Positions 1 through 12,361 of a stretch of 64,000 nucleotides of DNA are shown here, piece by piece. The stretch is from assembly GCA_964016885.1 (NCBI GenBank), contig OZ024742.1, forward strand, positions 10,602,001 through 10,666,000, in the 5' to 3' direction. Made by a program: the position numbers and the translations under genes. How positions within the stretch are numbered: position 1 is the first letter of the stretch; the number at the start of each line of letters is the position of its first letter. This DNA is from Eledone cirrhosa. Its lineage: Eukaryota. The notes beneath the pieces are model-generated. The model was not told the DNA's origin and did no database searches. It was given only the letters and a program-made list of their open reading frames with translations.

Positions 1-5
1 TATAC

Positions 6-37
<32 letters not shown>

Positions 38-106
38 GTACATATATATATATATGTATATATATGTATATATATATATATATATATATGTACGTATATA
101 TATATA

Positions 107-590
107 TGGGGTCGACTAGAAAACCTGAAACTTTACTCACTCCAACGTCGCCGTGAGCGTTATATTATCTGCATGATGTGGAAAATGTTCCATCATCACT
201 GCCCAAATGATGTTGGCATCGCCTTCAAGATACACCCAAGGCTTGGGCCCCGTGCTATCCGTCCCATACAAAAATCTAAATCGCAACTCATAACAACAAT
301 ACGGCACAATTATTTCACCTCAATTGGCCCTGCTCTCTTCAACATCACACCAGGACACGTCAAAACAGAAACTGACCACACAAAATTCAAGAAGTCTTTG
401 GACAAATTCCTCCAAGTAATCCCGGACAAACCACCCACACCCGGATATGTCTCCGCAAACAGTAATTCTCTTCTCGAATGGGCCATGGTGCCCAAATCCT
501 GAATTGAAAGACTTCGCCAGGTGGTGCTATTAAGTTAGACATGGCCTGGGCCAATACTGGCCAAAACATTTCAAAGTTATTCAAAGTTAT
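107..590 (+). mobile_element. 3' fragment of CR1/L2-group LINE, same family as 37359-39354
   Basis: ORF 173-502 equals the C-terminal 109 aa of ORF 37398-39266; same 3' UTR ending TTCAAAGTTATTCAAAGTTAT; (TA)n on both sides. Confidence 0.93.
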
Positions 591-667
591 ATGTATATAT
601 ATGTATATATATATATGTACATATATATATGTATATATATATATGTACATATATATATGTACATATA

Positions 668-704
<37 letters not shown>

Positions 705-1199
705 GTACATATATATATATATGTATATATGTACATATATATATATATGTACATATATATATATATACATGCATATATATATATATATATGCATGTGTAT
801 ATATATATGTACATATGTACATATATATATATATATATATATATGTACATATATATATATATATATGTGTATATATATATGTACATATATATATATGTGT
901 GTCTATGTACATATATATATATATATATATATATGTACATATATATATATATATATATGTGTATATATATATATATGTGTGTATATATATATGTATATAT
1001 ATATATATATGTGTATATATATATGTACATATATATATATGTGTGTATGTACATATGTACACATATATATATATATGTGTGTGTATATATATATATATAT
1101 GTGTATATATATATGTATATATATATGTGTGTATATTATATATCTAAATATGTATATATATGTGTATATTATATATGTACATATATATATATATGGGTG

Positions 1200-1242
<43 letters not shown>

Positions 1243-1537
1243 ATATATATGTATGTGTGTATCTATATATATATATGAGTGTGTATGTATGTGTGTATTT
1301 ATATATATATATGTGTGTATTTATATATATATATATGTGTATATATATATATATATATGTGTATGTATGTGTGTGTATATATATGTATATATATGTGTAT
1401 GTATGTGTGTGTATATATATGTATATATATGTGTATGTATGTGTGTGTATATATATGTGTATGTATGTGTGTGTATATATATGTATATATATGTGTATGT
1501 ATCTGTGTGTATATATATGTATATATGTGTGCATGTA

Positions 1538-1592
<55 letters not shown>

Positions 1593-1997
1593 GTGTGTAT
1601 GTATATATATATATATATATACATGTGCATGTATATGTATATATATATATATATATATATTTGTATGTATATATATATATATATATGTGTATATGTATAT
1701 ATATATATGTGTATGTATATATATATATGTATGTGTATATATATATATGTATGTGTATATATATGTATGTGTATGTACATATGTATGTGTATGTATATAT
1801 ATATGTATGTGTATGTATGTAAATATATATATATTTATGTGTATGTATGTATATATATATATATATATATGTATGTGTATGTATGTATATAGATATATAT
1901 GTATGTGAATGTATGTATATATATATGTATGTGTATGTATATATATATGTATGTGTATGTATATATATGTATGTGTATGTATATATGTGTATGTATG

Positions 1998-2074
<77 letters not shown>

Positions 2075-2260
2075 GTATGTGTATGTATATATATGTGTAT
2101 GTATATATATATATGTGTATGTATATATATATATATGTATGTGTATGTATATATATGTGTATGTGTATGTATATATATGTGTATGTGTATGTATATATAT
2201 ATATATGTATGTGTATATATATATATATATGTATGTATGTATGTATATGTTTGTGTGTAT
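591..2260. repeat. (TA)n/(TATG)n compound microsatellite
   Basis: Direct inspection; source of the YIYI/MCMY ORFs. Confidence 0.97.
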
Positions 2261-2265
2261 TATTA

Positions 2266-2777
2266 TAGGTCCGTACGAAACTAAGAAGAAATGTGTGTGT
2301 ATATGTGAGTAAAAGAGTGTGTGTGTGCATGTAAGCACGAAGCTATGAGCAAAAGTATGTTAATATAAGGGTGTGTTTCGGCATGTATTAGTTGTAAGAG
2401 AAGCTGCTAATGATCTAGAGAAAGCAATAGGAATCAAGGGCATAGAGAACGTGGGTGGATGTGCAGGTGAAGGAATGGCGGATACGGAAAGACCCGTTAG
2501 AGCCTGTAAGAGTGGTGAGGGTGGAAATAAAGGGACAAGTGTTGCAGCGGGAACAAGGATGAGAGCCGGGTTGAGTCGTGGGAACTGCGAACCTGGAGGT
2601 CGTGGGGGTTGCAGGCACGTAAAAGCAGTGATGGGTGGGTTTTCAAAAAAGCAAGTAGTGACGGGGTCAGAAGAGAGTATACGCAAGGAACGGAGGATAT
2701 GTCGCCGGAGTGATAGGGTGATTGGCTGGTAGGTGAGAGTGAAAGGAACACGGGTGTTGAGAGGGTGGGGGTCAGGT
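2266..2777 (-). pseudogene. Penelope-like retroelement ORF remnant (RT-to-GIY-YIG linker, Zn-knuckle region), frameshifted
   Basis: Minus frames give RVPFTLTYQP..ILRSLRILSSDP..FENPPITAF, then PGSHPCSRCNTCPFI..GSFRIRHSFTCTSTHVLYA; this matches the PLE linker pattern RxPxxxTYHP..ILxxDP..FxxPPxxAF and CxxCxxC..FTCxSxNVIY before the GIY-YIG domain. Confidence 0.75.
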
Positions 2778-2893
2778 GTGTATATATATATATGTATGTA
2801 TGTGTATATATATATATATATGTATGTGTATATATATGTATGTGTATGTATGTATGTATGTATGTGTATATATGTATGTATGTATGTGTATAT

Positions 2894-3490
2894 AACATGG
2901 TAACATGTATCCCAGTACAACCTGTCCCATGGTCGGGTCGTTGGCGACTAAACTGGCAACCCCACCAAGGTTTCTTGGTGAGGAGGTTGACTTTGGACAT
3001 CCTGCAGGACTAAAAACAAAACCTGTCAAAGGGCAAAGGAGCTCTTAAGAGTCAATGGCCATCCAAAATCACCGGGAGAGATGACCCCTTAGCTTTTGTC
3101 AAGGCAGAATTCTAGGAGAAGGAAAACTCTGATATAACACCTGCAACCCTGATGGTATCCAATGATGTTGACTTGTTCTTCTTTTTGCTAAATATCATCT
3201 TGGTTAAGAGAGTGGGATTGGCTTTGTGCAGTGCCTTTGCTCACTATAAAAGCTTCACAGCTCAGGCATTGCTTTATATCTGGTGATCTCTCTGCACTTG
3301 TCGTCACATGGAACCATGGGCCCAGCACTATGTGTCAATAATTGTCACAAGTGTAGTGTTTGTACCAGAGTTTTCAAGTCGCTGACTGGACTAGAATATC
3401 ACACTTGTTCAGCACATTGGTAGGGGTTCTCCTACATGGATATAAAGTAGTGGCCGTACTCGAAAACGAGTTGGCAGCCACCATGTATGT
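2894..3490 (+). mobile_element. Non-autonomous bipartite RTE-derived retroposon (5'UTR-like part + 3' end), (TGTA)n tail
   Basis: RTE-5'UTR-like motifs (GGCGACTAAACTGGCAACCCC, CTAGGAGAAGGAAAACTCTG) joined to a decayed C-terminal Zn finger; second copy at 53056-53446. Confidence 0.65.
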
Positions 3491-3563
3491 ATATATATGT
3501 ATGTATGTATATATATATATATGTATGTGTATGTATATGTATGTGTATATACGTATGTGTATG

Positions 3564-3594
<31 letters not shown>

Positions 3595-3627
3595 GTATGT
3601 ATGTATATATATATGTATGTGTATATA

Positions 3628-3672
<45 letters not shown>

Positions 3673-3731
3673 ATATATATATATATGTGTATATATATAT
3701 ATATATGTATGTGTATATATATATATATGTG

Positions 3732-3820
<89 letters not shown>

Positions 3821-3864
3821 AAGTTAAATAAAAGTCAAATGATTAAAATTTAGCTTCGTTTATT

Positions 3865-3919
3865 ACTGCTATATATATTTCAGTGACAGCCATCTTTGGC
3901 TGTGACCTCTTCAGGCAGA
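3865..3919 (-). ncRNA. Minimal type I hammerhead ribozyme (left arm)
   Basis: Minus strand: ACUGC-CUGAAGA-GGUCACAGCCA aaga UGGCUGUCACU-GAAA-UAUAUA-UA-GCAGU. Confidence 0.8.
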
Positions 3920-4130
3920 TTGAATTAGTATGGTATAGACAAGTACATATGTTGTTTAGGTGTATAATATTGTCAATACTCTGATATGGGTTGTTATTCC
4001 ACTGAGGAACTGGAGTCATATGACTCCAGTTCCTCAGTGAAATACCCAACAAGGAACTGGGCATATCAGAGTATTGACAATATTATACACCTAAACAACA
4101 TATGTACTTGTCTATACCATACTAATTCAA

Positions 4131-4185
4131 ACTGCCTGAAGAGGTCACATCCAAAGATGGCTGTCACTGAAATATATATAGCAGT
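4131..4185 (+). ncRNA. Minimal type I hammerhead ribozyme (right arm)
   Basis: Stem I ACTGC/GCAGT, core CTGAAGA 4136-4142, stem II 4143-4168, GAAA 4169-4172, palindromic TATATA, predicted cut after AUA at 4180, AATAAA 4186-4191. Confidence 0.8.
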
Positions 4186-4335
4186 AATAAACGAAGCTAA
4201 ATTTTAATCGTTTGACTTTTATTTAACTTTATTTTACACTACTCCGGAGTAACCAGACCTACCTGCGTACTTCGTCGAGTGCTCCAGCCTGCATACTGAG
4301 GTGTTGGTATACAACCAACATAAACTCAAAATATG

Positions 4336-4366
<31 letters not shown>

Positions 4367-4386
4367 ATATATATATATGTATGTAT

Positions 4387-4417
<31 letters not shown>

Positions 4418-4501
4418 TATATATATATATGTATATATATGTATATATGTATGTATATATATATGTATATATATATATATATATGTATGTATGTGTATAT
4501 A

Positions 4502-4542
<41 letters not shown>

Positions 4543-4549
4543 ATATATG

Positions 4550-4598
<49 letters not shown>

Positions 4599-4986
4599 AT
4601 ATATATATATATGTATGTATATATATATATATGTATATATGTAGATAAATCTACCAAGAGTTTACGGTAGTGTCCAATCCGTATGAAGAACTCAATGTAT
4701 TCCGGATATCATGGAAAGAAGAGATGTAATGAAAAATCACTTTCGGTGAAAGATAAACGGTATACAGAGTCAAGATAAAATATTAAACAAATAATGAATA
4801 AACAATGAAACAGTTCCTTATATTAAACAAAAAAAGTTCATTATTTAACGATCGTTTCTAGGATATATATGTGTTAGAATTGGCATGCATATTCAACAGA
4901 TCTATGTACAAAATTATACAAAATTATACAAACTATCAAGATTAAATATACATACCAACACATATATATGCCGTCTATATATATAT

Positions 4987-5052
<66 letters not shown>

Positions 5053-5076
5053 GTATATATATATATATATAACTAC

Positions 5077-5122
<46 letters not shown>

Positions 5123-5139
5123 GTATATATATATATATA

Positions 5140-6236
5140 TAACTAAGAACATAGATAACTAAGAACATAGATTTTACATGTGGCCGGTGCTCTGGTGCAA
5201 TAAGTAGCAGCAAGTGCCCACAAACTACTAGCTCTTTCAATTGCGCAGAGGGTTCTATAGAAATAGTGGACAGCTTCCGTTACCTGGGCGATAAAATCAG
5301 CAGTGGGGGAGGGTGCTCTGAAAGTACTGTAGCTAGAGTCAGAACTGGTTGGAAAAAGTTCAGAGAGCTTATACCACTATTAGCTGCTAAAGGGTTCTCA
5401 CTAAAAATGAAAGGCAGGTTGTACGATGCCTGCATACGAACAGCAATGCTGCATGGCAGTGAGACCTGGGCATTGTGTGCAGAGGATATACGCAGACTAG
5501 AGAGGAACGAAGCTTGCATGCTCCGCTGGATGTGTAACAGTAATATACGTGAACGGCAAAGCATAAACGAACTAAGGAATAAATTAGAGATAAGAGGGAT
5601 CAGATGTTGTTTACTCGAGAGAAGGCTACGTTGGTATGGACACGTGATGCGCATGAAAGTCGATAGCTGTATAACAAAGTGCAGGGCAATAAAGATAGAC
5701 GGTAGTCACGGAATAGGCAGACCTAGAAAAACCTGGGACGAGCTGATAAACTCCGACATCACACACTTACACCTCTCCAAGACAATGTCACTGGACCGAG
5801 ACCTTTGGCGGTACTCAGTAACAGAGAAGACCCGCCTTACCTAAATATATAGTAAAACCTACTCCAGCCAGTAGGCATCTCTAACAAATACACCCCGTCC
5901 CACCACCCCCACCCGATCCACACCACCCCGTTCTATGTAAAGTTATGTTGGTGCCGCGCCATCGAGGCCGAAACAAATGAGATCGTGTAGGTGTCACGAC
6001 AAAAAAACACACAGTCCACGCTGTAATGTGGCCGTGTAGGCAACACGGTAAAAACCTCCCAGACCCACACTGTAAATGTGGTTGGTGTTAGGAAGGGCAT
6101 CCAACTGTAGAAAACCTGCCAGACAGTCCTATGCGAGCAAGACAATCACTCTTGCCTCAAGTGGGACTACCCCCGTCCAAACCCATGCAAGCGTGGAACA
6201 CGGACGTTAAACGCTGATGATGATGATGATGATGAT
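5140..6236 (+). mobile_element. RTE-clade LINE, 5'-truncated, with 3'UTR and (GAT)n tail
   Basis: ORF 5266-5844: [32 protein letters not shown]. Confidence 0.93.
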
Positions 6237-6249
6237 ATATATATGTATG

Positions 6250-6282
<33 letters not shown>

Positions 6283-6287
6283 GTATG

Positions 6288-6388
<101 letters not shown>

Positions 6389-6841
6389 ATATATGTATAT
6401 ATATATATATATATATGTATGTGTATATATATATGTATATATATATGTATGTATATATATATATATATATGTATGTGTATATATATATGTATATATATAT
6501 ATATGTATGTGTATATATATATGTATATATATATATATGTATGTGTATATATATATGTATATATATATGTATATATATATGTATATACAGTTGAAAATTG
6601 CAAACTCGTCTGTCACCACATTTATGAACCTGAAGATTGCGAAAGCCTGAGAGTACTTGTTCAATTAACACTTAGAATTTAATATTCTGTCATACTATTT
6701 CATTATAATACCATTATATATTTTATAGGATTGTAAATAAAACGTGTAAATCAGACAAAGTTGGAATTCCTCTTATTAATATATATGTATATATATATGT
6801 ATGTGTATATATATTTATGTATATATATATATATGTATGTG

Positions 6842-6872
<31 letters not shown>

Positions 6873-6893
6873 GTATGTGTATATATATATATG

Positions 6894-6926
<33 letters not shown>

Positions 6927-7117
6927 GTGTATGTATACATATATGTGTATGTGTATATATATATATATATGCACACGGATGTATGTATGTAAAAAGTAAA
7001 CAGAAATAACAAAGCAAACGACACAGTACATTGGAGAAATATATTAGTTTAATACTTGAAATGGCTGGAAAAGAGTTTTGATGTTTCAGACATTAGTTGT
7101 TCTATACTTACATGGGT

Positions 7118-8529
7118 TGTACAGGTCCTTCTCAGTAGAGGTCCTTCTCAGTAGAGGTCCTTCTCAGTAGAGGTCCTTCTCGGTAGAGATCCTTCTCAGT
7201 AGAGGTCCTTCTTAGTAGAGGTCCTTCTCAGTAGAGGTCCTTCTCAGTAGAGGTCCTTCTTAGTAGAGGTCCTTCTCAGTACAGGTCCTTCTCAGTAGAG
7301 GTCCTTCTTAGTAGAGGTCCTTCTCAGTAGAGGTCCTTCTCGGTAGAGGTCCTTCTCACTAGAGGTCCTTCTCAGTAGAGGTCCTTCTCGGTAGAGGTCC
7401 TTCTCAGTAGAGGTCCTTCTCACTATAGGTCCTTCTTAGTAGAGGTCCTTCTCAGTACAGGTCCTTCTCACTAGAGGTCCTTCTTAGTAGAGGTCCTTCT
7501 CAGTACAGGTCCTTCTCAGTACAGGTCCTTCTCAGTACAGGTCCTTCTCAGTAGAGGTCCTTCTCAGTAGGGGTCCTTCTCAGTACAGGTCCTTCTCAGT
7601 AGAGGTCCTTCTCAGTAGAGGTCCTTCTTAGTAGAGGTCCTTCTCAGTACAGGTCCTTCTCAGTAGAGGTCCTTCTCAGTAGAGATCCTTCTTAGTACAA
7701 GTCCTTCTCAGTAGGGGTCCTTCTCAGTAGAGGTCCTTCTCAGTAGAGGTCCTTCTTAGTAGAGGTCCTTCTCAGTAGAGGTCCTTCTCAGTAGAGGTCC
7801 TTCTCACTAGAGGTCCTTCTCAGTAGAGGTCCTTCTCAGTAGAGGTCCTTCTCGGTAGAGGTCCTTCTCAGTAGAGGTCCTTCTCAGTAGAGGTCCTTCT
7901 TAGTAGAGGTCCTTCTCAGTAGAGGTCCTTCTCAGTAGAGGTCCTTCTCAGTAGAGGTCCTTCTTAGTACAGGTCCTTCTCAGTAGAGGTCCTTCTCAGT
8001 ACAGGTCCTTCTCAGTAGAGGTCCTTCTTAGTACAGGTCCTTCTCAGTAGAGGTCCTTCTCAGTAGAGGTCCTTCTCAGTAGAGGTCCTTCTCAGTACAG
8101 GTCCTTCTCGGTAGAGATCCTTCTCAGTAGAGGTCCTTCTCAGTACAGGTCCTTCTCAGTACAGGTCCTTCTCAGTACAGGGCCTTCTCAGTACAGTTCC
8201 TTCTCAGTAGAGGTCCTTCTCAGTAGAGGTCCTTCTCAGTACAGGTCCTTCTCAGTACAGGTCCTTCTCAGTAGAGGTCCTTCTCAGTAGAGGTCCTTCT
8301 CAGTACAGGTCCTTCTCAGTACAGGTCCTTCTCATTAGAGGTCCTTCTTAGTACAGGTCCTTCTCAGTAGAGGTCATTCTCAGTAGAGGTCCTTCTTAGT
8401 ACAGGTCCTTCTTAGTACAGGTCCTTCTCAATAGAGGTCCTCCTCAGTAGAGGTCCTTCTCAGTACAGGTCCTTCTCGGTAGAGATCCTTCTCAGTACAG
8501 GGCCTTCTTAGTACAGGTCCTTTTCAGTA
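7118..8529. repeat. 16-bp minisatellite (AGGTCCTTCTCAGTAG), ~88 copies
   Basis: Period 16 (GTCC at 7141, 7157, ...). Confidence 0.97.
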
Positions 8530-8919
8530 TCTCTCATCTCTACACTTGTCACATTCCTTTGTTTTCTCCTCCACTGCTAATTATGTCACCTAGGTAGCAG
8601 AAGCTATAAACCAATTCTAGGAATCCTTCCTGAGATTGGAAAAGGTTTATATTTATTTTATTATTAGCACTCTTACTAACAGTTGACCGAGAACATCTAC
8701 ATACCAAGCCTTCCCTGATAGTCTGCCTCTTATCCCACTACACCTCTTGTGTACCCAATATCTTGTGTACAACATACACAGTTTATACCGACTCTGCATA
8801 TCAAGGGAGGCCCCTTCCCTGATCTGATTGGTGCCCTATCTTTTTTCCTACTTAATAACATTTTGGTTTTTGTTATATCAGCAGCAGCATCATCACTGTT
8901 TAACTACCATTTCTCCACA

Positions 8920-9840
8920 CTAGTATGGGTTAGATGAGGTGTCCTGTGGTTGTATGACAAGTCAGATCAGAAGACTGTGACTATGCTAGTATGGGTTAGA
9001 TGAGGTGTCCTGTGGTTGTATGACAAGTCAGATCAGAAGACTGTGACTATGCTAGTATGGGTTAGATGAGGTGTCCTGTGGTTGTATGACAAGTCAGATC
9101 AGAAGACTGTGACTATGCTAGTATGGGTTAGATGAGGTGTCCTGTGGTTGTATGACAAGTCAGATCAGAAGACTGTGACTATGCTAGTATGGGTTAGATG
9201 AGGTGTCCTGTGGTTGTATGACAAGTCAGATCAGAAGACTGTGACTATGCTAGTATGGGTTAGATGAGGTGTCCTGTGGTTGTATGACAAGTCAGATCAG
9301 ATGACTGTGACTATGCTAGTATGGGTTAGATGAGGTGTCCTGTGGTTGTATGACAAGTCAGATCAGAAGACTGTGACTATGCTAGTATGGGTTAGATGAG
9401 GTGTCCTGTGGTTGTATGACAAGTCAGATCAGAAGACTGTGACTATGCTAGTATGGGTTAGATGAGGTGTCCTGTGGTTGTATGACAAGTCAGATCAGAA
9501 GACTGTGACTATGCTAGTATGGGTTAGATGAGGTGTCCTGTGGTTGTATGACAAGTCAGATCAGATGACTGTGACTATGCTAGTATGGGTTAGATGAGGT
9601 GTCCTGTGGTTGTATGACAAGTCAGATCAGAAGACTGTGACTATGCTAGTATGGGTTAGATGAGGTGTCCTGTGGTTGTATGACAAGTCAGATCAGATGA
9701 CTGTGACTATGCTAGTATGGGTTAGATGAGGTGTCCTGTGGTTGTATGACAAGTCAGATCAGATGACTGTGACTATGCTAGTATGGGTTAGATGATGTGT
9801 CCTGTGGTTGTGAGACAAGTCAGATCAGATGACTGTGACT
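8920..9840. repeat. 66-bp tandem repeat, ~14 copies, derived from an RTE-tail-type dispersed repeat
   Basis: Period 66 (TAGT at 8921, 8987); single-copy homologue at ~30115-30170. Confidence 0.93.
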
Positions 9841-10195
9841 TGTTCCTACAGAACTGTTTCTGGCTTGGTTTTTAAGGCTGGATGCCCTTCCTAATGCCAA
9901 CCTCATTTACAATGTGGGCTGGGTGATTTTTATTGTAGCCCCAAAACAACCAACAGTGGGCTGGGTGTGTTTTGTGATGACGCCAACACAACCACTTTAC
10001 ATTGTGGACTGGGTGGTTTTGGTCATATAATGTGTGTGTACATATGTATATCTATCTATATGTATGTGTGTGTGTAAGGGAGCTCTATTTGGTATTTAAA
10101 TGTATGAATAGACCTAAATATTACATATACACATATTCCATAATACATGCTAATACATACACATACAAACATATATATATATACACACACTCACA

Positions 10196-10228
<33 letters not shown>

Positions 10229-10705
10229 ATATATATGTAAAGATATGTACATATGTCAGTGACAAGATGCTGGTTGTTCCTTAATTAGCCAGGAGTTAGA
10301 CATAGCTCCACACACACACACACAGACACAAACAAACACACACAAACACATATATATATATATATATATACACACAAACACACACATACACCCAAACACA
10401 CAAACACACACACAACCACCCAGACTTTCCCTATCATACTGTCCCCTTATATTCTATCCATTCACACCTCCACTTGATCTTTTCCTCCACACACCTGCAC
10501 TATCAACACCCACACACCATCCTAATTAAACCTCTACCTAGTTACCTTCTCTAGTCACAGCTCCCTAATAATCCTTCTTCCAGTGTCCTCAGCTCTGCTC
10601 CTAACGCCCCCCCCCCCTCTACTTATCTCCTCCTTCTCACTAGTTTCTTTCATCAAACCTCCCTCTATTAACCTCGCCCTCTTTCTACACTACCCCCTCG
10701 TCACA

Positions 10706-11216
10706 CCACCCCTCTCATCCCCCACCCCCTGTCCACACTAGCCCCTGATCAAACCTCCCCTATCATCCCCCACCCCCTGTCCACACTAGCCCCTGATCAA
10801 ACCTCCCCTATCATCCCCCACCCCCTGTCCACACTAGCCCCTGATCAAACCTCCCCTATCATCCCCCACCCCCTGTCCACACTAGCCCCTGATCAAACCT
10901 CCCCTATCATCCCCCACCCCCTGTCCACACTAGCCCCTGATCAAACCACCCCTCTCATCCCCCACCCCCTGTCCACACTAGCCCCTGATCAAACCTCCCC
11001 TATCATCCCCCACCCCCTGTCCACACTAGCCCCTGATCAAACCTCCCCTATCATCCCCCACCCCCTGTCCACACTAGCCCCTGATCAAACCTCCCCTATC
11101 ATCCCCCACCCCCTGTCCACACTAGCCCCTGATCAAACCTCCCCTATCATCCCCCACCCCCTGTCCACACTAGCCCCTGATCAAACCTCCCCTATCATCC
11201 CCCACCCCCTGTCCAC
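10706..11216. repeat. 48-bp C-rich minisatellite, ~10.5 copies
   Basis: ATCCCCCACCCCCTGTCCACACTAGCCCCTGATCAAACCTCCCCTATC; lines 10861 and 11101 are identical. Confidence 0.96.
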
Positions 11217-11494
11217 TCTATCCCCAACTCCCCTCTGTCCACACAACTCCCTCTATTCACCCCCCCCCCTCTTCCTACCAGTGGCCAATACTGACATCCC
11301 CCATCCCTCATTCTATAACAACTACGCTCCTGCTGATGTGACACTGCTGCTCCCCGACCCTGGGGCACCACCCAACTTTCTATTACCCCCCCCCCCCGTC
11401 CATCCCACTCAATCAACATGGAACTCTCCCTCAATCAGCAATTTGCCATGGATGTGTGTATATGTGTATGTATATATATATGTGTGTGTTTGTA

Positions 11495-11545
<51 letters not shown>

Positions 11546-12159
11546 ATGTATATATGTGTGTGTGTAGGTGTTTGTATGTGTGGATGTGTGTGTATATATA
11601 TATATATATGTGTGTATATATGTGTATATATGTGTGTATATATGTGTATATATATGTATATGTGTATATATGTGTATATATGTGTATATGTGTGTGTATA
11701 TATGTGTATATATATGTGTATATATATGTATATGTGTATATATGTGTATATATGTATGTATATATATATGTATATGTGTGTGTATATATGTGTATATATA
11801 TGTATATGTGTATATATGTGTGTACATGTCCGTGTATCAAGCAGGTGGGTGTGGAGCTATTTATTTTCTAATAAACATGGTGTTCTTGTTGTTAGTGTAA
11901 GTGGTGTTGGTGGTGGTAGTGTTGGTAGTACTGTTTATAATGGTGGTATTGGTGGTAGTACTAGTGGTAGTAGTAGTATTGGTGCTAGTTGTTATGCTAT
12001 ATTACAAATGCCAATAATTTTCATAAATCTCTCCAAATTCTTCACTGATTAATTCAAAAACAGTTTAATGCTGAGAACTGTGGTGGCAAAAGCCACACCC
12101 CAGTGTACCTGAGGGTATACAAATGGTAGAATACAGCTGACCCACAATAAGTTGCCTGT

Positions 12160-12361
12160 TATATGAGAGTAGGCTGACCAAGATACTCTCATGGAATGAC
12201 CAAATGAGGTTTATTTTTTAACATATTCCCAGGATTAAAAAAAAAGAACACAATGCAGTTAATAAGAAGAGTTGCATTAAAATTAATGCATGCAATATTT
12301 CACAGCTCTAGCATCACTCCTTCATAGTCATCCTATGAACTTTTCAGCCAACCCTTGTATA
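12160..12361. mobile_element. Internally deleted mariner-like MITE remnant
   Basis: Right end TATGAACTTTTCAGCCAACCCTTG|TA resembles a mariner TIR + TA; partial left match TAGGCTGAC / GTCATCCTA. Confidence 0.5.

Larger units (their letters stand above)
3814..4330 (+). mobile_element. Fold-back PLE-type terminus: 175-bp inverted arms (3814-3988 / 4062-4236) + ~95-bp tail, in (TA)n
   Basis: Arms are near-perfect reverse complements (mirror ORFs 3843-4064 and 3986-4207); each contains a hammerhead motif. Confidence 0.8.

Noticed and set aside
541-2338. Many YIYI/MCMY ORFs here and throughout
   Set aside because: Microsatellite translations, open in all frames
12003-12210. Short hydrophobic or DDE-like minus-strand peptides
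   Set aside because: Under 60 aa, frequent stops, no convincing motif or splice sites
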